Assembly (NCBI GenBank): GCA_045589835.1
Contig: JAZNPV010000094.1
Span: 2,389 to 66,388 of the forward strand
DNA from: Faecousia sp.
GTDB lineage: Bacteria; Bacillota; Clostridia; Oscillospirales; Oscillospiraceae
Direction: 5' to 3'
DNA: 64,000 nt
Numbering within the stretch: the first letter of the stretch is position 1; each line of letters starts with the position of its first letter. This document shows, one piece after another, positions 30,814-39,214 of the stretch. The notes below the pieces were generated by a model that searched no databases, was not told where the DNA came from, and saw nothing but the letters and a program-made list of their open reading frames with translations. The position numbers and the translations under genes were made by a program.

Positions 30814-32493
30814 ATGGCTGAAATCACAGAAAGTAAGAATTTCATCCATGCCTTTATTGAAGAGGATATTGCCGAGGGTGGCCGCTACGCAGGTCAGACC
30901 GTCCACACCCGGTTTCCGCCGGAGCCCAACGGCTACCTGCATATCGGCCACTGCAAGGCGCTGATTATCGACTTCGGTACTGCCGAGAAGTTTAACGGTC
31001 TTTGCAATCTGCGTATGGACGACACCAACCCCACCAAAGAAGATGTGGAGTTCGTGGAAGCTATTAAAGAGGACATCCACTGGCTGGGCTTTGATTGGGG
31101 TGACCGGTTCTACTTCGGCTCCGATTACTTTGAGAAGGATTATGAATACGCTGTTGAGCTGATTAAGAAGGGTCTGGCTTACGTCTGCGAGCTGACTCCC
31201 GAGCAGGCCAAGGAAATGCGGGGCGATCTGAACACCCCCGCCACCTCCCCCTACCGGGACCGTCCTATTGAAGAAAGCCTTGATCTGTTCGCCCGCATGC
31301 GTGCCGGTGAATTTGAAGACAACAAGTATACCCTGCGTGCCAAGATCGATCTGGCCTCCGGCAACTTTAACATGCGTGACCCGGTGATCTACCGGATCCG
31401 CCATATGCACCATCACCGTCAGGGCGATAAGTGGTGCATCTATCCCATGTACGACTTTGCCCATCCCATTCAGGACGCGCTGGAGGGGATTACCCACAGC
31501 CTGTGTTCTCTGGAATTTGAGAATCACCGTCCCCTGTATAACTGGGTTGTGGAAAATGTGTCTGTTCCCCACCATCCCCGCCAGATCGAATTTGCCCGGC
31601 TGGGCATCGATCATACCGTACTTTCCAAGCGCAAGCTCAGAGCCTTGGTGGAAAACGGCTATGTATCCGGCTGGGACGATCCCAGAATGCCCACCCTGTG
31701 CGGTCTGCGCCGCCGTGGCTACACTCCCGCATCTATCCGCAATTTCTGCGACCGGGTGGGCGTTGCCAAGAGCCCTAACACCATTGAGTATGCATTTTTG
31801 GAGTACTGCCTGCGGGAGGATCTGAACGAGACCGCCCAGCGTGTCATGGCAGTTCTGAAGCCCATAAAGCTGACAATTACCAACTACCCCGAAGGTCAGA
31901 GCGAAGTATTCCAGGTGGAAAACAACCCCAACGATCCTGAAGCCGGCACCCGTGAAGTCACCTTCTCCCGGAATCTGTGGATCGAAGCGGACGACTTCCT
32001 TGCCGAGCCCATTCCCAAGTACAAGCGTCTGTACCCTGAAGGCCCTGAGTGCCGCCTGAAGGGCGCTTATGTGATCCGGTGCACCGGCTGCGTGAAGGAC
32101 GAGAACGGCAACGTAATTGAAGTTCTGGCAACCTACGATCCCGACTCCAAGGGCGGTGATCCCGCCGACGGTCGCAAGATCAAGGGCGCAACCATCCATT
32201 GGGTGGATGCGGATAACTGCTGCGACGCAGAAGTCCGTCAGTACTCTAACCTCTTTGACGATCCCGATCCGGATGCCGCAAACAAGGATTTCCTGTCCTG
32301 TCTGAATCCCAACTCTCTGGAGGTGCTCACCGGCTGCAAGGTGGAAAAGAGTCTGGAAACCGCCAAGGCTCCCGCCTCCTACCAGTTCATGCGTCTGGGC
32401 TACTTCTGCCCCGACAGCAAGGACTCCGCACCGGAGCATCTGGTATTCAACCGCTCCGTCAGCCTGAAGGACAGCTTCAAGCCCGGTAAATAA
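30814..32493 (+). CDS. glnS: Glutamine--tRNA ligase
   Basis: RFPPEPNGYLHIGH, HSLCSLEF, LSKRKL, WDDPRMPT. Confidence 0.97.
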   Translation: MAEITESKNFIHAFIEEDIAEGGRYAGQTVHTRFPPEPNGYLHIGHCKALIIDFGTAEKFNGLCNLRMDDTNPTKEDVEFVEAIKEDIHWLGFDWGDRFYFGSDYFEKDYEYAVELIKKGLAYVCELTPEQAKEMRGDLNTPATSPYRDRPIEESLDLFARMRAGEFEDNKYTLRAKIDLASGNFNMRDPVIYRIRHMHHHRQGDKWCIYPMYDFAHPIQDALEGITHSLCSLEFENHRPLYNWVVENVSVPHHPRQIEFARLGIDHTVLSKRKLRALVENGYVSGWDDPRMPTLCGLRRRGYTPASIRNFCDRVGVAKSPNTIEYAFLEYCLREDLNETAQRVMAVLKPIKLTITNYPEGQSEVFQVENNPNDPEAGTREVTFSRNLWIEADDFLAEPIPKYKRLYPEGPECRLKGAYVIRCTGCVKDENGNVIEVLATYDPDSKGGDPADGRKIKGATIHWVDADNCCDAEVRQYSNLFDDPDPDAANKDFLSCLNPNSLEVLTGCKVEKSLETAKAPASYQFMRLGYFCPDSKDSAPEHLVFNRSVSLKDSFKPGK

Positions 32494-32504
32494 AGGATTA
32501 AAAC

Positions 32505-32543
32505 GCCCCACAAAAGCCGGAAGAAATCCTGCTTTTGTGGGGC
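32505..32543. terminator. Terminator hairpin after glnS
   Basis: GCCCCACAAAAGC / GCTTTTGTGGGGC inverted repeat. Confidence 0.7.
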
Positions 32544-32622
32544 ATCATCATCGTATTTATTTACATATTAGTTAGTAGGGTGTTTATAAATCTCTCCGCT
32601 CACCCATTTCAATCGTGAACTA

Positions 32623-33515
32623 TTAACTAATTGTTTCCAAATAATTATCTATTCCGACTTTCACCATCTCGCTATTCATCAGTGAAAATCCGTAGTTAAA
32701 TCGTTTTTGTTCCCACTTAGTTGTTCCTTCGGTCACATTATCAATGCGCCAATATGTAATATTCCTCTGTGTTGTGAACCGAACTGGGCCATTCACTCGA
32801 ACTCGATAGTGATAATCATAGGTATAGGTTGCCAATTCAACAGATTGATTGTACATCAGGACTTCACCCACAGCGAAGAGCAACACTGAAATTACCGCAG
32901 AGACAGGTCCACCATACAATGCAATATATGCAGAAATAGCACCAAGCGTATCACCGACACCCCAACTCCAATAATGAGTCTCTCCATCATATGTACAGGT
33001 ATACCTACGGTAGAGATAACCAAAAACTTCGGGAGCGTAGTAGTATCCGCCGGAGGCACCAAGATAACAATATCCGTCAAAGTATTCAGAGGGAGGCAAC
33101 CCGGTATTATCAACAGGCTCATCATTAATTGATCTCGCCTGCGTCGCCGTTGTTTCTATGGCAATTGTTTCATTAGAAATGGGCGAATGTACAATAGAGG
33201 TCGAAAACCCATTCATTTGCCTTTCCGCTGGTAGAATACTAGCTTGAGTCGCAACGGTCAAATCATAAACTCTGTTTCTATAGTTTTTGTGGCTGCGTCT
33301 GCAACAGCCCGTTGCGTAAGAATACCATCAACATACACTTCAGAAATTGCAGTATTAGTTGCCCTGGTTATGACAACTGTCACAATCTCACCTGCTTCAT
33401 TATAGTAAGAAAATGTTGTTCCATCGTCCATAGAATTAGCATCAGCCGCAAACGCTGTAAAGGGTAGTAAAAAAACAAGCACAACAGATAAAACCAAACT
33501 AACTACTCTTTTCAT
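32623..33515 (-). pseudogene. Secreted protein (bacteriocin/toxin-like) split by a 1-bp frameshift near 33266
   Basis: Sec signal MKRVVSLVL..TAFAA in 33258-33515; adding one T at GAG-TTT-ATG joins it to 32623-33261 (EFYDLTVA), giving about 297 aa. Confidence 0.65.
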
Positions 33516-33729
33516 TGCTATTCTCCTTTAAATGTAAAATTGACATCTGTTTTTTGCGTTTAATTGCTAATATGATTGCAATCACATAACAAGACGCTGC
33601 CCAAATCCCCATGAATATTAATCCCCAATAGGAGTTCAGATTCTTCTCAACAGAATGTAATAAGACAACGATACTCCATAAAATGCCCAACACAAGCCAA
33701 AACACGGGAGATTTACTAATTGCATGCAA
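33499..33729 (-). CDS. Small two-TM membrane protein (immunity-like)
   Basis: AGGAGG RBS, TTG start, two hydrophobic helices then KRKK; overlaps the start of the secreted gene. Confidence 0.7.
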   Translation of the reverse strand: MHAISKSPVFWLVLGILWSIVVLLHSVEKNLNSYWGLIFMGIWAASCYVIAIILAIKRKKQMSILHLKENSNEKSS

Positions 33730-33740
33730 AAAATCGCCTC

Positions 33741-33914
33741 CTAAATATTATTGGCAAACACCGCACAAACTGCCCCTCAAACAGCACAGCTTATGCGCTC
33801 ATATAAAGTTTTTTCATTCGCTCTCTCCATAATTTGTAAATACGAAAAAACGCATCTGCATATAATCAAGATGAACATTGCAAATATGTTTCACAACAGA
33901 GCCTCCCTATTCAT
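33741..33914 (-). pseudogene. Decayed small two-TM membrane gene with two in-frame TGA codons
   Basis: Reads MNREALL*NIFAMFILIIC...SCAV*GAVCAVFANNI*; both stops fall where Trp fits the neighbouring protein pattern. Confidence 0.4.
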
Positions 33915-34057
33915 ATATTTAATCTTTGTTTTCTCTCTATCCTCATTTTTATTATACCATCAAGCAAAATTATATGCAACAATATCTAGTTTGTTAAATG
34001 TAAATTTTATGTTAACTAGCTGCATGAGACAGTATAAATCTCCATACACAAGAAAAA

Positions 34058-34080
34058 GGCGGCCACAGGCCGCCCCTACA
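34058..34080 (-). repeat. GTAG-type REP palindrome
   Basis: TGTAGGGGCGGCCTGTGGCCGCC on the minus strand. Confidence 0.6.
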
Positions 34081-34109
34081 TCCATTAATAGCAGAGATAT
34101 CCATAATTT

Positions 34110-34141
34110 TTAGCGCGTTGCTTAATTTTGCAACGCGCTAA
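34110..34141 (-). terminator. Terminator of rex
   Basis: TTAGCGCGTTGC / GCAACGCGCTAA inverted repeat right after the stop. Confidence 0.65.
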
Positions 34142-34146
34142 TTTTA

Positions 34147-34791
34147 CTACTTTTTTTCCTTGATTTGGGCTTGCAGGTGCATACTCAGCACCGCAAGGGA
34201 CGTAGCCATGTTTTCGTTCTGCACCAGAATATGTTCCGGCACATCCAGATGGACAGGCGCAAAATTCCAGATTGCCTTAATACCGCAGCCGATCAGCTTG
34301 TCGCAAACCTGCTGCGCGAACTGTGCCGGCACTGTAATAATGCCCATCAGCACATTATTTGCCTTGCAGAAGCTTTCCAGCTTATCGATATGCAGGATTG
34401 GCTTTCCGTCATCCGTACGGTCAACTGTAGGCTTGGCATCAAAAGCTGCCAGAATATTCAATCCGTAGGCTTCAAAACCGATATAGCCCAGAAGCGCCTG
34501 CCCCAGCTTGCCGGCACCGATCAAAATAGCATCGGTAGTGTTATCATAGCCCAGGAACTGACTGATATCCTCGATCAGGCTCTCCCGCAGATAGCCGATC
34601 TTAGGCCGTCCGCCGTCGGAAACCATGGCCAGGTCTTTACGCACCTGCACCTCACCCATACCCAGCGCGTTTGCCAGTGCAGTGGCAGAAATATAGGTTG
34701 CCGTTCCATCCGGAAGGCTTTTCAGATAAGACAGATAACCGGGCAACCGTTTCAGTACTGCCTTTGAAATTTCTTTTCTCTCCATAGTCAT
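34147..34791 (-). CDS. rex: Redox-sensing transcriptional repressor Rex (start may be 34785)
   Basis: KRLPGY, QVRKDL, GAGKLG Rossmann motif, IWNFAP. Confidence 0.92.
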   Translation of the reverse strand: MTMERKEISKAVLKRLPGYLSYLKSLPDGTATYISATALANALGMGEVQVRKDLAMVSDGGRPKIGYLRESLIEDISQFLGYDNTTDAILIGAGKLGQALLGYIGFEAYGLNILAAFDAKPTVDRTDDGKPILHIDKLESFCKANNVLMGIITVPAQFAQQVCDKLIGCGIKAIWNFAPVHLDVPEHILVQNENMATSLAVLSMHLQAQIKEKK

Positions 34792-34802
34792 GGGGCTCAC
34801 TT

Positions 34803-34866
34803 TCGATACAAATTATTATCGATATAATTTTGTATCGATTTTAGCATACCGTTTTGTCTTTTTCAA
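34803..34866 (-). promoter_or_regulatory. rex promoter with two overlapping palindromic operators
   Basis: TTGAAA-17-TAAAAT with TGn extension; TCGATA-N8-TATCGA at 34803-34822 and 34819-34838. Confidence 0.7.
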
Positions 34867-34939
34867 GAAATATTTGAATTTTCATTGTTTTTATTAGGAA
34901 ACGCCATGTAATCCACACGCAAATTGTAATTTTTTCCAA

Positions 34940-35650
34940 TTATGCGCAGCTTGTTTGCCGCAGGATCTCCTTCCGCAGCCGCTGCATGATCCTCTTTTCC
35001 AACCGAGAAATGTAGGATTGGGAAATTCCCAGCTTTTGCGCTACCTCTTTTTGTGTCAGCTCCTGATGCCCTTCTAAACCAAAGCGCATCACAACGATCT
35101 CCCGTTCCCTGTCCGGCAACTCTCGCACCGCCTGCCGCAGCAGGCACAGATCCACGTCATCTTCCAGAGGGCGCAGGATCATGTCCTCGTCCGTTCCCAG
35201 AATATCGGAAAGCAGCAGTTCATTACCGTCGTAATCCATATTGATCGGTTCGTCCAGCGACACCTCCGCCTTCTGGTTTGCGATCTTGCGGATATGCATG
35301 AGTATTTCATTTTCAATACACCGGGACGCGTAGGTTGCCAACTTAATATTTTTATCCCGCCGGTATGTACTGATGGCTTTGATCAGCCCGATGGTCCCGA
35401 TGGAGATCAGATCCTCCAGATTTATCCCAGTGTTTTCAAACCGTCTGGCTATGAATACCACCAGCCGTAAATTTCTCTCTATCAGTAATTGCTTTGCGTT
35501 CTCGTCGCCCTGTTCCAGTTCCTCCAGTGCAGCCTGCTCCTGCGCCCCCTTCAGCGGCGGCGGGAGCACATCCGTGCCGCCTATGTAATAAATACTCTGG
35601 GGTTGGATAAATCCGATCTTTATCAAGAAATTCAAAAGCTTCTGCGTCAT
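34940..35650 (-). CDS. sigE: RNA polymerase sporulation sigma factor SigE (pro-form)
   Basis: [47 protein letters not shown]; follows spoIIGA. Confidence 0.95.
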   Translation of the reverse strand: MTQKLLNFLIKIGFIQPQSIYYIGGTDVLPPPLKGAQEQAALEELEQGDENAKQLLIERNLRLVVFIARRFENTGINLEDLISIGTIGLIKAISTYRRDKNIKLATYASRCIENEILMHIRKIANQKAEVSLDEPINMDYDGNELLLSDILGTDEDMILRPLEDDVDLCLLRQAVRELPDREREIVVMRFGLEGHQELTQKEVAQKLGISQSYISRLEKRIMQRLRKEILRQTSCA

Positions 35651-36414
35651 ACCATTCCTCCTGTCAACGCCTGATATGTACCCTCCGAACAAAGCCCCTC
35701 CGGGGCAAAAGCCACCAATCCGCTTCCCTGCCACCGGCCCACCTTTACCTGAGAGATCCGCAGTGCCAGAAGCAATCCGCTCTCCTTCCCTACCGCCCGG
35801 TAGGGAATCAGCCGCAAACCGGGAATTGCACCCACAGATTCTGCCGGTTTCTGCAACTGGCTTTGTGATAAGCCAGTGAGCAGCTCCGCCACATCGGCTC
35901 CCACAACAAGCACCGGTTTTCCTGTAACGGGATCCTGCAAAGTGTTTCCAGTATCCTGCAGTGCTGTCAAACGGATCTTCTTCCCTTCGTGAATCAGTTC
36001 CACCGGAACAAGTCTTTCCTGCCGGATCTTTCCCCGAAATCCTATTACACACAGCAAACATACGCACAACGCCGATAGCGCCAGTTTCCAAAAGCTGATG
36101 CCGCCCAGCCCCAGCGCTACGCCCCCCAAAGCCATGCTCAGCAGCACAAATACAATGCCACGGCGCAGCGCGCTGACGCTGATCCCGAAAGCGATCAACG
36201 CCATACACCCAAGGCTGACGGTGCGCCACAGGGTGTTGGAGAGAAACGCAAAACCGGGTAACAGACAGCAGCCGCCATAGATTCCGCCCACAGCAGCCGC
36301 CAGAGCTGTCCTACCCGGTTTGGTCGGATGCCCGCATAGCCGGTTTGTCCCCAAAAGCAGCAGAAAATCCACCAAGAAGTTAAGAAACACTACAACATCC
36401 AAGTATACCGGCAC
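35647..36414 (-). CDS. spoIIGA: Sigma-E processing peptidase SpoIIGA
   Basis: [11 protein letters not shown], five TM segments, DTGN catalytic motif, LIPYRAVG. Confidence 0.92.
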   Translation of the reverse strand: MPVYLDVVVFLNFLVDFLLLLGTNRLCGHPTKPGRTALAAAVGGIYGGCCLLPGFAFLSNTLWRTVSLGCMALIAFGISVSALRRGIVFVLLSMALGGVALGLGGISFWKLALSALCVCLLCVIGFRGKIRQERLVPVELIHEGKKIRLTALQDTGNTLQDPVTGKPVLVVGADVAELLTGLSQSQLQKPAESVGAIPGLRLIPYRAVGKESGLLLALRISQVKVGRWQGSGLVAFAPEGLCSEGTYQALTGGMV

Positions 36415-36432
36415 AGAACCCCTCCCCAGCCT

Positions 36433-36497
36433 GTTGATTTCAGTTTATCGCATTGTTATATTTCGAATGTAGGGGCCGACCCGGCGGCCCTTACAGA
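36433..36497 (+). repeat. Degenerate cassette/REP, copy D
   Basis: TTTCAGTTTATCGCATTG...AATGTAGGGGCCGAC resembles the left arm of copies A and B. Confidence 0.55.
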
Positions 36498-36678
36498 TCC
36501 GGTTGCTACAGTACGACAAACGCGAATTTACTTTCCGTGATCTGCATGCACCCAGTATACCGGCCGGACGCAGAAAAACCGGTCGCTTGGTCTGCTCCTC
36601 TTTGCGCAAGATGCGTGCCGTCACACGGTTCATCAACGCCCCCTGTGCAAATAATAAAAAATGCGGCAGCTGAACCGG

Positions 36679-36888
36679 TCAGCTGCCGCTTGAATCTGTC
36701 GATGGATTCTCTTCTCTGATCACTTGGCGGATGTTCTTTTCCGCTTTAAAACGGGGTGTCATTACCTCATGGCCGCATCCCAGACACCGCAGTCGGAAAT
36801 CCGCGCCGGTCCGCAGGACCAGCCAGCGCTTCTCTCCGCAGGGATGGGGCTTCTTCATTACCAGTATGTCTTTGAGTCTAATGTCCAT
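36679..36888 (-). CDS. DUF951 family protein
   Basis: MKKPHPCG, RTGADFRLRCLGCGH. Confidence 0.9.
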   Translation of the reverse strand: MDIRLKDILVMKKPHPCGEKRWLVLRTGADFRLRCLGCGHEVMTPRFKAEKNIRQVIREENPSTDSSGS

Positions 36889-36889
36889 A

Positions 36890-38152
36890 TTACTTTCCCT
36901 TCACCGCATCCCAATACTGCTTGGCAGCCTGCTCCACCTTGTTAGGGCCGAATTCATAGTAACAGGTACCTATCAGTTCATCGGGCAGATATTGCTGCGC
37001 TACCCAGTGATTGGGGTAATCATGGGGATACTTGTAGCCCTGTTCCCGCTCCATGGTATAGCTGTCCGCGTGCATATTCTGCAAGTGGCGGGGGAAATCG
37101 CCACCTTTTCCCTTGCGAACATCTGCCATTGCCATATCCAACGCAACGTGGCCGGAATTGGATTTAGGAGATGTTGCCATCAGCACCGCCGCATCCCCCA
37201 AGGGGATCCGTGCTTCCGGCATACCCAGCATCAGCGCCATATCCACACAGGATTTTACGATGGGAATAATCATGGGATAGGCAAGCCCCACGTCCTCGGC
37301 AGCAATGACCATCAGACGCCGGCAGGCCGACTGCATCTGTCCAGCCCCCAAAAGCCTTGCCAGATAATGACAGGCCGCATCCGGATCGGAGCCACGAATG
37401 GATTTCTGTAAGGCCGACAGCAAATCGTAGTGATTATCTCCGTCCCGGTCTGCCCGCATGGCACTTTTTTGAGTCACAGCTTTTGCATCCTCTAACGTCA
37501 GCACCAGCTGATCTCCTTCCGGCTGCCCGGCAGAAAACAGCACCTCCACCGCATTCATAGCTTTACGCAGATCGCCGCCGCAAGCACCGGCAATGTATTC
37601 CAGTGCCCCCGCTTCCGGCAGCGCCTTCAGGGCAGTCCGCTCTTGGAGATAGGAAACCGCCCGCTTGACTGCCTGCAAGGCGGCCTGTGCGGAGATCTGC
37701 TTAAATTCAAATACCGTAGACCGGCTCAAAATGGCGTTGAACACATAGAAATAGGGGTTCTCTGTGGTGGACGCAATTAAGGTGATCTTGCCGTTTTCAA
37801 TGTATTCCAGCAGCGATTGCTGCTGTTTTTTATTAAAGGACTGTATCTCATCCAGATACAGCAGCACCCCATTGGGTGCCATAAACGTATCCAGCTGGGC
37901 AACAATATTTTTAATATCCGCTGTGGAAGCGGTGGTGGCATTGAGCTGATATAAGGTGCGGTTGGTCTGCTTTGCGATAATATTGGCCACCGTAGTCTTG
38001 CCCGTTCCGCTGGGACCGTAAAAGATCATATTAGGAATTTTTCCAGAATCCACCAACCGGCGCAGGATGGCTCCTTTTCCCAAAATATGCTCCTGGCCAA
38101 ACACTTCATCCAGGTTCTGCGGACGCAACAGATCCGCTAAAGGCTGATACAT
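36890..38152 (-). CDS. rarA: Replication-associated recombination protein A
   Basis: GPSGTGKTT, STTENPYF, KSIRGSDPDA, YKYPHDY. Confidence 0.95.
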   Translation of the reverse strand: MYQPLADLLRPQNLDEVFGQEHILGKGAILRRLVDSGKIPNMIFYGPSGTGKTTVANIIAKQTNRTLYQLNATTASTADIKNIVAQLDTFMAPNGVLLYLDEIQSFNKKQQQSLLEYIENGKITLIASTTENPYFYVFNAILSRSTVFEFKQISAQAALQAVKRAVSYLQERTALKALPEAGALEYIAGACGGDLRKAMNAVEVLFSAGQPEGDQLVLTLEDAKAVTQKSAMRADRDGDNHYDLLSALQKSIRGSDPDAACHYLARLLGAGQMQSACRRLMVIAAEDVGLAYPMIIPIVKSCVDMALMLGMPEARIPLGDAAVLMATSPKSNSGHVALDMAMADVRKGKGGDFPRHLQNMHADSYTMEREQGYKYPHDYPNHWVAQQYLPDELIGTCYYEFGPNKVEQAAKQYWDAVKGK

Positions 38153-38266
38153 ATGCCGCTCCTTTCTTTTTTTTCAGTATATCATACCGGTCAACAAAAT
38201 GCACCTGTTATTTTCCCAATTCTTTGTTTGCGTTGAAAATCCCCCTCTGAACAGAGGGGGATCGGA

Positions 38267-39214
38267 TTAAAATGTCACGACATCCTGTTGGGCTGGTTCT
38301 GCCGGCTCAACAGACAGGGCCGTCAGCACAGGCCCCAGTTCTCCCTGATACAGGGAATGGTTTTCCGCAGAGATCTTGGCCGTTACCGTGACCCATGACC
38401 GGGGCTGCAGACTTCTGGAATCGGCATACTTGCAGGGCACACCGCAAAACTGGATATCGTCCTCGCAGCAGGTCATCACAAACCGGCCGGGTGCGAACAT
38501 GCTGTTTCTGTCCCGACGAAGCATGGCCACCTGCCCCTTAAAACGAACCGTCTTTCCGTCGTACTTCTGCGCTTCTTCCGTCACATCCCGGTACCACAGA
38601 GCAAAATCTTCATCCTTCACTTCAATGACCGGGGCACCTATGTCAAAGGGCAGCGGATCTTCGATGTCATCGAAAGCGGTAGTCCCATCCGTATAATCAT
38701 AAAGAATATCGATCCGCCGGTTGGCAGAGCGCACCAGCTTATGGAAGGGCATGGTATCCTGGCCGGGTGTCAGCCGGTTGAACACCACCATCTGTCCGCC
38801 CGCCAGCTTGTCCATTACAAGGTTACGCATGTTGGCATTATAGGCCATAAAGGTGGTGGAATCCGCAAACATGACCTCCTGTGCCACTGCCCATTCCTCG
38901 GGGAAACGGCTATAGATATCGCCTACCAGCTGCATACCGTTCAGTTCCGCAACCACACGCTGAGCCTTGTGCTTTTTTGCCAACGCCTGCATCTGCTTTG
39001 TGGTGGCTGTCTGCTGATCCAGCACTTCCAGAAACACATTCTGGTGGGGATAGGCAGAGAAATCATATTCCTCTTCTCCCTCTTCGAACACCAGCAGCAG
39101 CGTCCGCTCACCGGCGTTGAACCGGGGGTCTTCCAAGGTTTCCTGAATAAACTTTGTCTTACCGGAATCCAGAAAACCGGTAAATACATAGACTGGGATC
39201 TGATTCATACTCAT
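38267..39214 (-). CDS. CobW-associated GTPase-like protein with TIGR03943-like C-terminus
   Basis: TGFLDSGKT Walker A; GRFVMTCCEDD. Confidence 0.8.
   Translation of the reverse strand: MSMNQIPVYVFTGFLDSGKTKFIQETLEDPRFNAGERTLLLVFEEGEEEYDFSAYPHQNVFLEVLDQQTATTKQMQALAKKHKAQRVVAELNGMQLVGDIYSRFPEEWAVAQEVMFADSTTFMAYNANMRNLVMDKLAGGQMVVFNRLTPGQDTMPFHKLVRSANRRIDILYDYTDGTTAFDDIEDPLPFDIGAPVIEVKDEDFALWYRDVTEEAQKYDGKTVRFKGQVAMLRRDRNSMFAPGRFVMTCCEDDIQFCGVPCKYADSRSLQPRSWVTVTAKISAENHSLYQGELGPVLTALSVEPAEPAQQDVVTF

Noticed and set aside
30814-32493. GlnRS in a Firmicute as a novelty
   Set aside because: glnS is well known in Clostridia, and its codon style matches neighbouring core genes
30790-32511. 573-aa minus-strand ORF
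   Set aside because: Antisense shadow of glnS
33741-33914. Alternative genetic code (TGA = Trp) in the islet
   Set aside because: Adjacent islet genes encode Trp with TGG, and TGA readthrough does not repair the secreted gene
33751-34113. 120-aa plus-strand ORF in the islet
   Set aside because: No RBS; antisense to the minus-strand series and runs through the REP
35651-36229. Long N-terminal extension of the SigE ORF suggesting a SpoIIGA-SigE fusion
   Set aside because: Open off-frame overlap with spoIIGA; SigE has its own RBS and ATG at 35650
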